Assembly: GCA_045544995.1 (NCBI GenBank)
Contig: JAZQAE010000112.1
Coordinates: forward strand, 1-63,426
Length of the DNA: 63,426 bases
Direction of reading: 5' to 3'
From: Eubacteriales bacterium
GTDB lineage: Bacteria > Bacillota > Clostridia > Oscillospirales > QAKW01
The position numbers and the translations under genes were made by a program. The notes beneath the pieces were generated by a model, which saw only the letters and a list, made by a program, of their open reading frames with translations, was not told where the DNA came from and ran no database searches. Below, piece by piece: positions 28,612 to 38,695 of this stretch. Every line of letters begins with the position of its first letter. Positions within the stretch are counted from its first letter, which is position 1.

Positions 28612-28963
28612 AAAAAAGAGATGCGAATAGCATCTCTTTTTTGTCAGCGTGTCAAAGAACCCTGTTTTTTATTTTTGACACGCTGGGGAGACTTTCAAAA
28701 ATGTTTCCGAATTCGTGGGGGCGGTCTCGTCGGCGTACATCGGTACGGTAGAGAGCGGCCCCGCGAATAGCAGAAAATTTTAATTAAAATCCGCACTATG
28801 CGGATTTTCCCCTTATAAAGGAATGATGAGAAAGAGTGGCATCTCCTTCTCATCGTTATATTGCAAAATTGGTATATCCCGTTCTTTTTCTTTTATTTTC
28901 TGCGGTCGGGGACTTTTTTGACAGTCTGATTAAAAAAGAGATGCGAATAGCATCTCTTTTTTG
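28612..28963. mobile_element. MITE-like insertion (28644-28931) flanked by a 32-bp duplication of a terminator
   Basis: AAAAAAGAGATGCGAATAGCATCTCTTTTTTG at 28612-28643 and 28932-28963; ends AGACTTTCAAAAA (28689) and TTTTTGACAGTCT (28915) match 12/13; extra palindrome CAGCGTGTCAAA..TTTGACACGCTG at 28645-28685. Confidence 0.8.
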
Positions 28964-28964
28964 T

Positions 28965-30818
28965 TTATTCTTTTCCTTTTCGTTTTTCGTAATCATCCAG
29001 AGCATAGCGGAACTGCGTCTCGTATAACTCCCGATATACGCCGTTTTGCTCCACCAAGCTTTCATGGCGGCCTCGTTCGACGATACGGCCGTTCTTCATC
29101 ACCAAAATCTCATCGGCAGCCAATACCGTAGTCAGACGGTGGGCAATCACGATGGAGGTGCGTCCTTTCAGGAGAGGACCGATGGCCTCCTGGATCAGAT
29201 TTTCCGAAATGGAATCCAAAGAAGAGGTGGCTTCATCCAAAATCAGCACCTTTGGATCCTTCAAGATCGCCCGGGCAATGGAAAGACGTTGCTTTTCTCC
29301 GCCGGAGAGCTTGAAGCCCCGGTTCCCCACTTCGGTATCATAACCTTGAGGCAGTTTCATAATGAAGTCGTGGATATTGGCATCCCGGCAGGCTTGCTCC
29401 AATTCCTCTTGGGTAGCGTCGTACTTGGCGTACAGCAAATTAGCCCGAATGGTATCGTTAAAAAGATAGGTTTCTTGAGTCACTGCAGCGATCTGCCGCC
29501 GTAATGCCGTCAGATCCCATTCCCGAAGATCCACGCCATCCAAGGCAACGGAGCCTCCCTGCACGTCATACAAACGGGGAATGAGATTGACCAGCGTAGA
29601 TTTACCGGAACCGCTGGCACCCACAATGGCAATGGTCTTGCCGGCATCCGCACGGAAGGTGATCTCTCGCAGTAACTCTTTTTCTGCCGTATAGGAAAAG
29701 GCTACGTCATGGAACGCCACGTCTCCCCGTACCTCGGCAGGACGGTATCCGTTCACCGGATCTTTCACGTCCGGTTCCAGATCAAAATACTCAAAAATAC
29801 GGTTGAATAACGCCATGGAACGAATGACGTCCACGTGGATATTCAACAATTGATCAATGGGATGATGCAGACGGTTGACCAAAGAAACGATGATGGTAAC
29901 ACCGCCCACCGTCAGACTGGTATCCCCCAGCTTATACATCACAAGACCGGCTGCCACGTAGATCAATAACGGCACGATCCCATGCAACACCCGCAGGGTC
30001 CGCCAGAACCAAAGACCCATCATCCGTTCTTTGATATGCAGCCGCATGGTCTCCCGGTTAATTCCCTCATAGGTGGCATATTCCCGCTCTTCGTTGGTAA
30101 AGAGCTTCACCAATAGCTGACCGCTGACGCTGAGGGTCTCATTCAGGATCTGATTGGATTTATCCCGCTGACGCTGGGTCTCGTCTGCGATCTGCCAACG
30201 CTTTCTTCCCACAAATCGGGTAGGCAGCACCAAAAACGGCACTAAAAGGAGACTGAGGATCGCCATGATCCAGTTTTCCCGTACCAACGTCACCAAAACG
30301 ATCACCACGGTGGCGCAGTTACTAAAGAGATTTAAAAAGGTATTGGCGATCACCGACTGCACACCGCCGATATCCTCCGTCATCCGGGTAATGATGTCCC
30401 CTTGCATATTGGAGGTGAAGAAGCGATGTCCCATCTTTTGCAGGTGGGCATACATTTTATTGCGCATATCAAAGGTGACATGCTGACCGATCCAAGTGGT
30501 CAGATACACCTCGCCGGCAGAAATAATATTAGAAATAATCAGAACCAACAGAGAGAAGCCTGCCAGACGGATCAGCAACGGTACGTCACCGCCGTAAAGA
30601 CCTTTATCAATCATCTGTCCCGTCAAGAGCGAAGGGACCACGCTGAGAATTCCTGCTACCGTGATGCAGAGCAATACCAGCAATAACCGAAACCAATAGG
30701 GCTTCAGCCAGGAAAGCACCCGTTTTGCCAACGCCCAGGTCAGCTTAGGGGCATTCTTCTTTTCTTCTTCCGTTAGTTCCGGCCGGGGTCCGCGCCGGCC
30801 GCCGGGGGGAGGTGCCAT
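28965..30818 (-). CDS. ABC exporter (TM plus NBD, probably homodimeric)
   Basis: GASGSGKS, LSGGEKQR, DEATSSLD, AHRL. Confidence 0.93.
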   Translation of the reverse strand: MAPPPGGRRGPRPELTEEEKKNAPKLTWALAKRVLSWLKPYWFRLLLVLLCITVAGILSVVPSLLTGQMIDKGLYGGDVPLLIRLAGFSLLVLIISNIISAGEVYLTTWIGQHVTFDMRNKMYAHLQKMGHRFFTSNMQGDIITRMTEDIGGVQSVIANTFLNLFSNCATVVIVLVTLVRENWIMAILSLLLVPFLVLPTRFVGRKRWQIADETQRQRDKSNQILNETLSVSGQLLVKLFTNEEREYATYEGINRETMRLHIKERMMGLWFWRTLRVLHGIVPLLIYVAAGLVMYKLGDTSLTVGGVTIIVSLVNRLHHPIDQLLNIHVDVIRSMALFNRIFEYFDLEPDVKDPVNGYRPAEVRGDVAFHDVAFSYTAEKELLREITFRADAGKTIAIVGASGSGKSTLVNLIPRLYDVQGGSVALDGVDLREWDLTALRRQIAAVTQETYLFNDTIRANLLYAKYDATQEELEQACRDANIHDFIMKLPQGYDTEVGNRGFKLSGGEKQRLSIARAILKDPKVLILDEATSSLDSISENLIQEAIGPLLKGRTSIVIAHRLTTVLAADEILVMKNGRIVERGRHESLVEQNGVYRELYETQFRYALDDYEKRKGKE

Positions 30819-30844
30819 AGGATCAACTCCTTTTCAAAACAATT

Positions 30845-30890
30845 TAGTTAACTAATTAACTATTTTATAGAACAAATGCCTATCTGTCAA
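30845..30890 (-). promoter_or_regulatory. sigma-A promoter with palindromic operator
   Basis: TTGACA-17-TAAAAT; TAGTTA-N6-TAACTA at 30845-30862. Confidence 0.7.
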
Positions 30891-30907
30891 GAGAGGCGGA
30901 GAAAAAT

Positions 30908-30953
30908 TGTCGCCCTGCATAAAAATGATCGTTCATTTTTATGCAGGGCGACA
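30908..30953. terminator. long hairpin closing the nusA-infB operon
   Basis: 21-bp perfect arms TGTCGCCCTGCATAAAAATGA / TCATTTTTATGCAGGGCGACA. Confidence 0.75.
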
Positions 30954-30958
30954 TACGT

Positions 30959-31486
30959 TTATTTTTTGATTTGAATTTCAGAGACTAATAATTGTTGCTC
31001 CGCCAAATAAGTGTAAAGGGCTTCCTGGATCCGAGGATCCTTCCCTTCCTCAAACTTCTGATCGCAGAGAAGATAGAAGGTATCCTCTTCCCCGTCCTGA
31101 ATATAAGGATTACGAACCGCCCGCACTGAGCCGGAGGCCGGCGCAAAGCTTCCTGCATACACCAATTGGTTTCCTAAGGTCAGGATAAAGCAATCGTCTG
31201 CTTCCGCCTGGAAAAGACGGCTGCCGCCATCCTGATCACCGCCCAACACGGCGATGTTCTTCAGTTGGACCCGGTGGGTCTCCCATTGCCATCCGGCAAG
31301 ATCCTCCCCGGTGAAGGCCACACGCCCCTGTTTCCGTGCCACGTTCAGCAATACGCCGTCCGCCATGCCGACGGAGACCAGATCGCCGTCTACCACGTAG
31401 AATTTCAAATCTTCTTTTGTTTGTTTACATCCGGCGAGAGAGAGTACCATACTCAACGCCAGAAGAAGTGCAAGTATTTTTTTCAT
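30959..31486 (-). CDS. hypothetical lipoprotein
   Basis: MKK signal peptide, lipobox LAGC. Confidence 0.8.
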   Translation of the reverse strand: MKKILALLLALSMVLSLAGCKQTKEDLKFYVVDGDLVSVGMADGVLLNVARKQGRVAFTGEDLAGWQWETHRVQLKNIAVLGGDQDGGSRLFQAEADDCFILTLGNQLVYAGSFAPASGSVRAVRNPYIQDGEEDTFYLLCDQKFEEGKDPRIQEALYTYLAEQQLLVSEIQIKK

Positions 31487-31495
31487 AACTACCTC

Positions 31496-32530
31496 TTATT
31501 TTAAGGTATAGTTTACCACTTTCCCATTGGCCTTTTGCAAAACCACCGCCGTCAGTCCCGTATGGTTGGGGCCAAAGTCCAAATAATAGACCTCTCCGCC
31601 CAGCAACATATAGGCATCCCGATAATGGTCTGCAGAACCTTCCAACCAATCCGGTGCGCCGAAACGGCGATAGATCTCCGAGGGCTTGGCATTTTTCTTG
31701 AGGGTATTGAAGACCGACTGATTTCTGGTGAAACGGATATAGCCTTTCGGCTTTTCTTCCTGACCCCAGGTACCGATATAATCCTTCACCTTACCACCCT
31801 CCGCTTTTTGCACCGCCCGAAGGGTCTTTCGATTATAACCGTAGTCTAGATAAAGAGTACTGCCGTCCTCCATGTTATAAACGTCGATCAGATAACTATC
31901 CTTGGCAAAGGTGATGGAACTAAAAGAATTGGGTTTGCCAAAAGCAGACACCACCGTCTCCCGCTCGACCCCTTTTTTGAGGATCTGGTCCGCCATCAGA
32001 TAAGTATATCGCTTAGAAGAAAAATAATTGCCGTCTGTTTCCGGTGCCGGTGTTTCATCCGGCTTGGATTCCGGGGTCGGCGTCTCATCCGGAGTCTCCG
32101 GCTCTTTTTCCGGCTCTTTCTCTGTTTCTTCATGATCCGGCTTATAATTGGAGATAATTCCAATATCATTCAAATACTGAAAAAAGTCCTGCTTTTTGCC
32201 GGCGGTATCCGTCCAGACTGCACCGGAGATCTTATCATTTACATTATAGGTCAGAACCAAAGTCTCTCCGTCGGTCAGCCGATAGGTATCGGTGGCACTC
32301 TCCTCCAAGGCATTGGCCAGAGAACTGCCTAAATTTTCCGCCACCACACTGCGGTTGACACCGGGACGCAGAAAGTATAGATCCTGCACCGTTAAAACGC
32401 TTTTCTGGCTGACACCGTAGCCGGTTCCGCCGCAATCCTCTTGCGGCACTTCAACCGGCGCTTCTTTACAACCGGAAAGGCTGCAGAGCAACAGTGCAGT
32501 CAGCGCAAGCGCAATCCATCTCTTTTTCAT
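31496..32530 (-). CDS. hypothetical lipoprotein with three internal domain repeats
   Basis: Lipobox LSGC; three copies of L..G/N.....V/I...(L/F)G....D.Y....G...L.(Y/F); Glu/Pro linker. Confidence 0.75.
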   Translation of the reverse strand: MKKRWIALALTALLLCSLSGCKEAPVEVPQEDCGGTGYGVSQKSVLTVQDLYFLRPGVNRSVVAENLGSSLANALEESATDTYRLTDGETLVLTYNVNDKISGAVWTDTAGKKQDFFQYLNDIGIISNYKPDHEETEKEPEKEPETPDETPTPESKPDETPAPETDGNYFSSKRYTYLMADQILKKGVERETVVSAFGKPNSFSSITFAKDSYLIDVYNMEDGSTLYLDYGYNRKTLRAVQKAEGGKVKDYIGTWGQEEKPKGYIRFTRNQSVFNTLKKNAKPSEIYRRFGAPDWLEGSADHYRDAYMLLGGEVYYLDFGPNHTGLTAVVLQKANGKVVNYTLK

Positions 32531-33390
32531 CGTAGCATCTCCAATCTCGCTAAACTCTGTTCCCCGTCCTTTTGGATCTGCAAAAACAACGCCTCTTCAT
32601 TCTCAAAGGTACGTTCCCGGCGGAGATAGGATTTCAATTCTACCCGGATCTCTTTGCCGTAAAGCTCCGGCACTTCACCCAGAAGATGCGCTTCTAAATT
32701 CATTGTTCCCCCGGTCTCCACCGTGGGGCGGACACCGATATTGACGGCAGCCGGATAGCGGATGCCCTCCACCTCCACCCAGGAAGCATATACGCCGTTA
32801 GGAGGTAATAATTGGCGTTCTGTAAGGGCCAAATTGGCTGTAGGCAATCCGAACTGCCGGGCAAGTCCTTTGCCGTGGCAGACGGTTCCCATCAGGCAAA
32901 AGGGATGACCCAAGCGGTCTTCAGCCCGAGGAAGGTCTCCCTCTTCGATATATTTACGGATGGCGGTAGAACTGATCCGCACATCCTCCGCCGTTACATT
33001 ATCCAATCTTTTGACGGCAATGCCACGGCTGATCAAGGTGAATTCATTTCCTGCCCGCCCTTTTCCGAAATGGAAATCCTGGCCGGAAACCAAACCCACC
33101 GTATTTAACTCTTCTTTTAAAAAACGTTCGGTAAACTCCTCGGCCGTCACGTCTTTCCATTCCTCAAAGGATAATTTCCGCCAGGAGTGAACTCCATACT
33201 GGCGAAAGTAATAATCCTTTACGTTGTCCTCAGAAATGATCTTCCGGCCTTTGGTGTTGCTATCAAAGGAAAGAACCAGTGCTTCGGCGCCCAAGGCTTC
33301 CGCCCATTTATTCAATTGGCTGAGGATCTCCCGGTGACCCCGGTGAACCCCGTCAAAATCGCCCAGAGCGACCACACGGTTTATTCCCAT
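32527..33390 (-). CDS. ribF: bifunctional riboflavin kinase/FAD synthetase
   Basis: GDFDGVHRGH, ISSTAIR, PTAN, NIGVRPT. Confidence 0.93.
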   Translation of the reverse strand: MGINRVVALGDFDGVHRGHREILSQLNKWAEALGAEALVLSFDSNTKGRKIISEDNVKDYYFRQYGVHSWRKLSFEEWKDVTAEEFTERFLKEELNTVGLVSGQDFHFGKGRAGNEFTLISRGIAVKRLDNVTAEDVRISSTAIRKYIEEGDLPRAEDRLGHPFCLMGTVCHGKGLARQFGLPTANLALTERQLLPPNGVYASWVEVEGIRYPAAVNIGVRPTVETGGTMNLEAHLLGEVPELYGKEIRVELKSYLRRERTFENEEALFLQIQKDGEQSLARLEMLR

Positions 33391-34268
33391 AAATGCGTTA
33401 CCACCTTAAATAAGGTTTCTCCATCCTTTTCAAATTGATGTCCCAAACCGATAAATTCATCGTTCTTATAGACCCTGCAAAGGGTATCCGGGACGTTTTT
33501 CATCTTTTTAACGGCAATCTCACAGCCGTTTCTCATCAAGGTTGCAAAAAAGTCCTGCGGTACAAACCGAGGAAGAAAATCCAAGGCCTTTTCCGCCGGG
33601 ATCAGATCCTCCGCATCTCCTTCGGCAAGGCGGTTCATCAACTCCTCCAAGGGGATAGCCTCCTCCAGGGAGAAACGGCCGGACTTGGTCCGTCTGAGGG
33701 CAGACATGGTTCCTAAGGTTCCTGCCGCCTCCGCCATATCCATAAAAAGACTGCGAATGTAAGTACCTTTGGAGCACTCCACTTCCAGTACCGCTTCTTT
33801 TTTCTCAGGATCAAAGGAAAGAAGTTCCAGCCGGTAGATCTCCACCGTCCGTGCCGGAATTTCCACGTCCTTTCCGGCTCGGGCTAATTTATACAAAGGA
33901 ACGCCGTTGACCTTGATGGCGGAATAGGCCGGCGGTCTTTGCTCAATAGCGCCGGTAAACTGAGGCAGTAATGCCCGAAACTCTTCCTCTGTGGGCATCT
34001 CCTCTGCTTCTCCCAGTACTTCTCCGGTAATATCGCCGGTATCGGTACAAACCCCGAACCGCAAGGTCCCGACATAGCCCTTTCTGCCGGCGGTGAATAA
34101 TTCACACAGCTTAGTGGATTTCCCCACCATCACCGGCAAAAGCCCGGTCGCCAAGGGATCTAAGGTACCGCTATGACCGCACTTCTCCCCCGTCAATCTG
34201 CGGAGTCTTGCCACCACCCCGAAAGAGGTCATGTTCTCCGGTTTGTCCACTAAAAACAGTCCGTTCAT
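33381..34268 (-). CDS. truB: tRNA pseudouridine(55) synthase
   Basis: GHSGTLDPLATG, PPAYSAIK, CSKGTYIRS. Confidence 0.96.
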   Translation of the reverse strand: MNGLFLVDKPENMTSFGVVARLRRLTGEKCGHSGTLDPLATGLLPVMVGKSTKLCELFTAGRKGYVGTLRFGVCTDTGDITGEVLGEAEEMPTEEEFRALLPQFTGAIEQRPPAYSAIKVNGVPLYKLARAGKDVEIPARTVEIYRLELLSFDPEKKEAVLEVECSKGTYIRSLFMDMAEAAGTLGTMSALRRTKSGRFSLEEAIPLEELMNRLAEGDAEDLIPAEKALDFLPRFVPQDFFATLMRNGCEIAVKKMKNVPDTLCRVYKNDEFIGLGHQFEKDGETLFKVVTHLWE

Positions 34269-35221
34269 CGAGTCTCCAATGCCTTTTTCAAGGCTTCTAC
34301 CATTACTTCTTCGATTGTTTCAAAAGCCCCGGTCATGGTACAGCCGGAAGCCTGACGATGTCCGCCACCGCCAAAAAGTCCACAGATCTCTCCGCCGTGA
34401 ACGGTGCCGTCGGTCCGCAAGGAAACCTTATGGCTTCCGTCCGGATTTTCCTTAAAGGTCGCAGCAGCCGCCACGCCCTCGATCTGGATGGGCAAAGAAG
34501 AGATCACTTCCAGCTCATCCGCACCGGCACCGGTCTCTTCCAGCATCTTCCGGGAGATCCGCATGGTGACGATCTTACCATTTTCAAAATAATGGATCTG
34601 CTCCATGGCCAGGCGATTGAGTTCAAACTCCGCCTTCCGCTTGGTCTGGAACAACCATTTATTGACCGATGCCAGATGAAAGCCGGTCTCTGCCAATTCT
34701 GCCGCCGCCCGATGGCTTCGGGCGGTGGTATTTCCGTATTTAAAGCACCCGGTATCGGTAGAAATGGCGGTGTAAAAATACACTGCCGCCTTCTGAGGCA
34801 GGGCGCCCAGCAGTTTAGAAAGATCAACCATGATCTCTCCGGCAGCAGCCGCCGTATCATCAATAAAATTCAGTTTCCCATAGCCCGGATTGGTCGTATG
34901 ATGGTCAATGACCGCATCCGCCGTCAGGGCGAATTCTTTATAATCCCCGGCCATTTCCGGAGAGGCTACGTCCAAGCAAACCAAGGCACCCTTCGGCTCC
35001 CCGGTCAGATCCTCTTTTCCCTCACTCAAAAAGAGATAACGGGGAGAGACCGGATCGGCGCAAAGAACCTGCACCTCTTTGCCCAACGCTTCCAAAACGG
35101 TTTTCAGTCCAAACGCACACCCTAAGGTATCACCGTCCGGCCGGGCATGGCAAAGCAGGGTCAGTGTTTGCTGACCCTTTAAAAACTCTGCAATTTCGAT
35201 GAGGCTGTTATTCTTGCTCAT
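34265..35221 (-). CDS. nrnA: DHH/DHHA1 phosphoesterase (NrnA-like)
   Basis: HARPDGD, IDHH, TDTG, GGGGH; start at ATG 35221. Confidence 0.88.
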   Translation of the reverse strand: MSKNNSLIEIAEFLKGQQTLTLLCHARPDGDTLGCAFGLKTVLEALGKEVQVLCADPVSPRYLFLSEGKEDLTGEPKGALVCLDVASPEMAGDYKEFALTADAVIDHHTTNPGYGKLNFIDDTAAAAGEIMVDLSKLLGALPQKAAVYFYTAISTDTGCFKYGNTTARSHRAAAELAETGFHLASVNKWLFQTKRKAEFELNRLAMEQIHYFENGKIVTMRISRKMLEETGAGADELEVISSLPIQIEGVAAAATFKENPDGSHKVSLRTDGTVHGGEICGLFGGGGHRQASGCTMTGAFETIEEVMVEALKKALETR

Positions 35222-35576
35222 CGTCCTGTTCCTCACCGGTGCCGTCAAGGCCCAGTTCGTGGAGCTTTTCATTGATATGCATACCGTACTTAATAGACGG
35301 ATCTGCATAGAAACTCAATTCCGGCGTATAGCGCAGTTTCAAATTTCTCGCCAGGGCGCCACGGATATAGCCGCCGGAGGACTTCAGTCCCCGAAGCATC
35401 TCCGCCTCATCCCCGATCAGCGCAGAAACAAATACTTTACACTCTTTCAGATCGCCGGTGGTCTCCACCGCTGTAATAGAGATCAGAGAGGGAACCCGGG
35501 GATCCTTCACCGTGGGAAGGATCCGGGCCAATTCCTTACGGATCTCCTCGTTCACTCGTGCAATACGATGTGCCAT
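35208..35576 (-). CDS. rbfA: ribosome-binding factor A
   Basis: KDPR, LRYTPELSF; position after infB. Confidence 0.95.
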   Translation of the reverse strand: MAHRIARVNEEIRKELARILPTVKDPRVPSLISITAVETTGDLKECKVFVSALIGDEAEMLRGLKSSGGYIRGALARNLKLRYTPELSFYADPSIKYGMHINEKLHELGLDGTGEEQDDEQE

Positions 35577-38122
35577 TATTCTTTAATCTCCTGCATTTCA
35601 TAGGCTTCGACCATATCGCCCTCTTTGATATCGTTGAAGTTCTCAATGGTCAAACCGCATTCAAAGTTTTCCAATACTTCCTTGGCATCGTCCTTAAACC
35701 GCTTCAAGGAGGCCAAAGCACCCTCAAAGATCACCACGTTATCACGGATCAAGCGAACGGATGCATTCCGAACCATCTTACCGCTCTTGACGTAGCAACC
35801 GGCAACGGTACCGATTCCGGAGACCTTAATAGTCTGGCGCACTTCGGCAGTACCCAGCACCACTTCCTTGAACTTGGGCGCCAGCATCCCCTTCATAGCC
35901 GCCTCGATCTCTTCGATACAGTCATAGATCACACGATACAAGCGAATATCCACGTTGGCTTTTTCCGCAGAAGCCTTTGCATTGGCATCGGGACGGATAT
36001 TGAAGCCGACGATGATGGCGCCGGAGGCCTCTGCCAGCATGACGTCGCTTTCGTTGATACCGCCTACGCCGTTATGAATGACCCGTACACGGACTTCCTC
36101 GTTGGTCAACTTCTCCAAAGAAGCCTTGACTGCCTCGGCAGAACCCTGCACGTCAGCTTTGACGATGATGTTCAGATCCTTCATGTTGCCTTCCTGGATC
36201 CGGGAGAACAGATCGTCCAAAGAGACCTTATACTGGCTCTGTGCGGCCAATTTCTGGTCATTCTTACGCTGATCTGCCAACTCACGGGCCAGACGCTCGT
36301 CTTCGACGACGAAGAAGTTATCACCCGCCTGGGGAACCTCTGCCAAACCGATGATCTCCACAGGAGTGGAAGGACCGGCGGTCTTCAGTTTACGACCCTT
36401 ATCGTCGGTCATGGCACGGATCTTACCGACTGCCGTACCGGCGATGATGATGTCGCCCATCTTCAAGGTGCCGTTCTGTACCAGAACCGTAGCCACAGAG
36501 CCACGACCCTTATCCAGCTTCGCCTCGATGACGGTACCCTTGGCCAGACGGTTGGGGTTGGCTTTGAGATCACGCATCTCTGCTACCAAAAGAACCATCT
36601 CCAAGAGGGTATCAATATTTTCATGCTTCAAAGCAGAAACGGGCACACAGATGGTATCGCCGCCCCATGCTTCGGGAACCAATTCATACTCGGTCAATTC
36701 CTGCATTACCTTATCCGGATTGGCAGCAGGTTTATCCATCTTATTGATCGCAACAATGATGGGAATTTCAGCTGCTTTGGCGTGGTTGATCGCCTCTACG
36801 GTCTGAGGCATGATACCGTCGTCCGCAGCCACGACCAGGATGGCAATATCCGTAGCCAGTGCGCCACGGGCACGCATGGCGGTAAAGGCCGCATGTCCCG
36901 GAGTATCCAGGAAGGTCAGGTCTTCGCCGTTGCACTGCACTTTGTACGCACCGATATGCTGGGTAATACCGCCGGCTTCTCCGCTTGCCACGTTGGCATT
37001 ACGGATGGCGTCCAAAAGGGAGGTCTTACCGTGGTCAACGTGACCCATGACCACCACAACGGGACAGCGCTTTTCGAGATCGGCTGCATCGTCCTCCCGA
37101 TCGTCGATCAAACGGTCCTCGATGGAGAGGATGATCTCTTTCTCTACCCGGATATCAAATTCCTCTGCTACCAGATAAGCAGTATCGTAGTCGATGATCT
37201 GAGAAGCGGCGGCCATAATGCCGAGGGTCATCAACTTCTTCACGACCTGCGCTACGTTGACTTTCATTCTGAGCGCCAATTCGCCCACCGAGATCTCCTC
37301 GGGAACCTGAATCTTCATCTTGGCCTGCTTTCTCTGCAGTTCGATCCGTTTCAGACGCTCTGCCTCCGTTTCCTTTTTCTTCTTGGTGCCGTACTGGCCG
37401 GGACGCTGATTCTTCTTCTGGATCTTCTGCTTGGAAGCGCCAGCGGTATTCCGTCCCTCATGGCTATTGGCCAGATCCATCAGCTTATCGTCATACTTGC
37501 TGAGGTTGATATCCTGAGTACGGGTATCCACCACACGCACGGTACGCTCGTAGTTTTGCACCTGACGGGGTCCTTTTTCCTTTTTCTTGGGCATCTGGAC
37601 CGGCTTGACAGGGCCGGGCTTCGGTTGCTGAGCCGCCGGCTTTTCGGCAGGCTTCGGTGCCTCTTTTTTGGGCTCCGCCTTGGAGATCAGGCGAGGGCCG
37701 GTCTGCTTGGGAGCTTCCTTTTTGGGGAAGTCCTTTTTGGGTGCCTCCGTCTTGGGCGCTTCCTTCTTAGGCTCGGCCTTCTTGGGCGGCTCGGCCTTGG
37801 AAATAAGACGAGGACCGGTCTTTTGGGGTTCCGGCTTCTTCTCTTCCTCTTTCTTCACCTCGGCCTTGGGTGCTTCCACCTTGGGCTCCGGCTTCTTTTC
37901 GCCCTCGGGATCGGGGCGGTTTGCCAATTCAAAATAGGCATTGAAGTCTTTAACTTCATTCTTTTTGGTGTAATAGTTAAAGAGATAATCCAACTCTCTT
38001 TGGGTCAGCACCGCCATATGGGTGCGTTCCTTAGTCTCCAGTTTATCCAAAAGCGTCATCACGTCGGTGCTTTTCAAACTGAAATCCTTTGCAAATTCAT
38101 GCACTCTGTATTTCTGATCCAA
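35576..38122 (-). CDS. infB: translation initiation factor IF-2
   Basis: [31 protein letters not shown]. Confidence 0.98.
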   Translation of the reverse strand: MDQKYRVHEFAKDFSLKSTDVMTLLDKLETKERTHMAVLTQRELDYLFNYYTKKNEVKDFNAYFELANRPDPEGEKKPEPKVEAPKAEVKKEEEKKPEPQKTGPRLISKAEPPKKAEPKKEAPKTEAPKKDFPKKEAPKQTGPRLISKAEPKKEAPKPAEKPAAQQPKPGPVKPVQMPKKKEKGPRQVQNYERTVRVVDTRTQDINLSKYDDKLMDLANSHEGRNTAGASKQKIQKKNQRPGQYGTKKKKETEAERLKRIELQRKQAKMKIQVPEEISVGELALRMKVNVAQVVKKLMTLGIMAAASQIIDYDTAYLVAEEFDIRVEKEIILSIEDRLIDDREDDAADLEKRCPVVVVMGHVDHGKTSLLDAIRNANVASGEAGGITQHIGAYKVQCNGEDLTFLDTPGHAAFTAMRARGALATDIAILVVAADDGIMPQTVEAINHAKAAEIPIIVAINKMDKPAANPDKVMQELTEYELVPEAWGGDTICVPVSALKHENIDTLLEMVLLVAEMRDLKANPNRLAKGTVIEAKLDKGRGSVATVLVQNGTLKMGDIIIAGTAVGKIRAMTDDKGRKLKTAGPSTPVEIIGLAEVPQAGDNFFVVEDERLARELADQRKNDQKLAAQSQYKVSLDDLFSRIQEGNMKDLNIIVKADVQGSAEAVKASLEKLTNEEVRVRVIHNGVGGINESDVMLAEASGAIIVGFNIRPDANAKASAEKANVDIRLYRVIYDCIEEIEAAMKGMLAPKFKEVVLGTAEVRQTIKVSGIGTVAGCYVKSGKMVRNASVRLIRDNVVIFEGALASLKRFKDDAKEVLENFECGLTIENFNDIKEGDMVEAYEMQEIKE

Positions 38123-38124
38123 TA

Positions 38125-38427
38125 TTATTTACCCCCTTCGATAGATTGCGTCAGGCTGCGGGCAAATCCCCGATCGGTCACACCGATAATGCCCACCGGC
38201 TTGGTACCGATACTGACGCCAAGTCGCTCCTTGGTAATCGGCAATTGCAGAACCGGAATTTCATAATCTCCGGCTGCTAACTTTATATTCTTGCAGGTTC
38301 TGGGCGCCACGTCCTCTGCCAAGATCAGCAGCTGCGTCTGTCCCATGCCTGCCATGACCATATCAAAGCCGTAATTCAACCGTCCTGCCCGACGGGCAAG
38401 GCCCAGCGTTGATAAAACCTTATTCAC
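38125..38427 (-). CDS. ylxQ: L7Ae-family RNA-binding protein
   Basis: [14 protein letters not shown]; operon position. Confidence 0.88.
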   Translation of the reverse strand: MNKVLSTLGLARRAGRLNYGFDMVMAGMGQTQLLILAEDVAPRTCKNIKLAAGDYEIPVLQLPITKERLGVSIGTKPVGIIGVTDRGFARSLTQSIEGGK

Positions 38428-38692
38428 TTACGACCAGCTCCTTTTGAAGCCGTTCATAGATCGCCTCCGGCACCGCTCTGCCAAAGCCCCGATCCAATGC
38501 GCGGGTCTTGGTCAGCTTTGCCACGCATTCCGGCTCCCTGCAAAGGTAAGCCCCTCTGCCCGGCGCCTTGCCGGTCAGATCCACGGAGATCTCGCCTTCT
38601 TTATTGAGTACCACACGGACTAAGTCCCTCTTCGCCTTCATTTCTCGGCAGCACAGACACATCCGCATGGGTATTTTGCGTTCTTTTGCCAA
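38420..38692 (-). CDS. ylxR: YlxR/RnpM RNA-binding protein
   Basis: PMRMCLCC, GRGAYLC. Confidence 0.92.
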   Translation of the reverse strand: MAKERKIPMRMCLCCREMKAKRDLVRVVLNKEGEISVDLTGKAPGRGAYLCREPECVAKLTKTRALDRGFGRAVPEAIYERLQKELVVSE

Positions 38693-38695
38693 GGT

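Noticed and set aside
35558..38266. 902-aa plus-strand ORF opposite infB
   Set aside because: Antisense shadow frame caused by codon bias of a highly expressed gene; no recognisable motifs.
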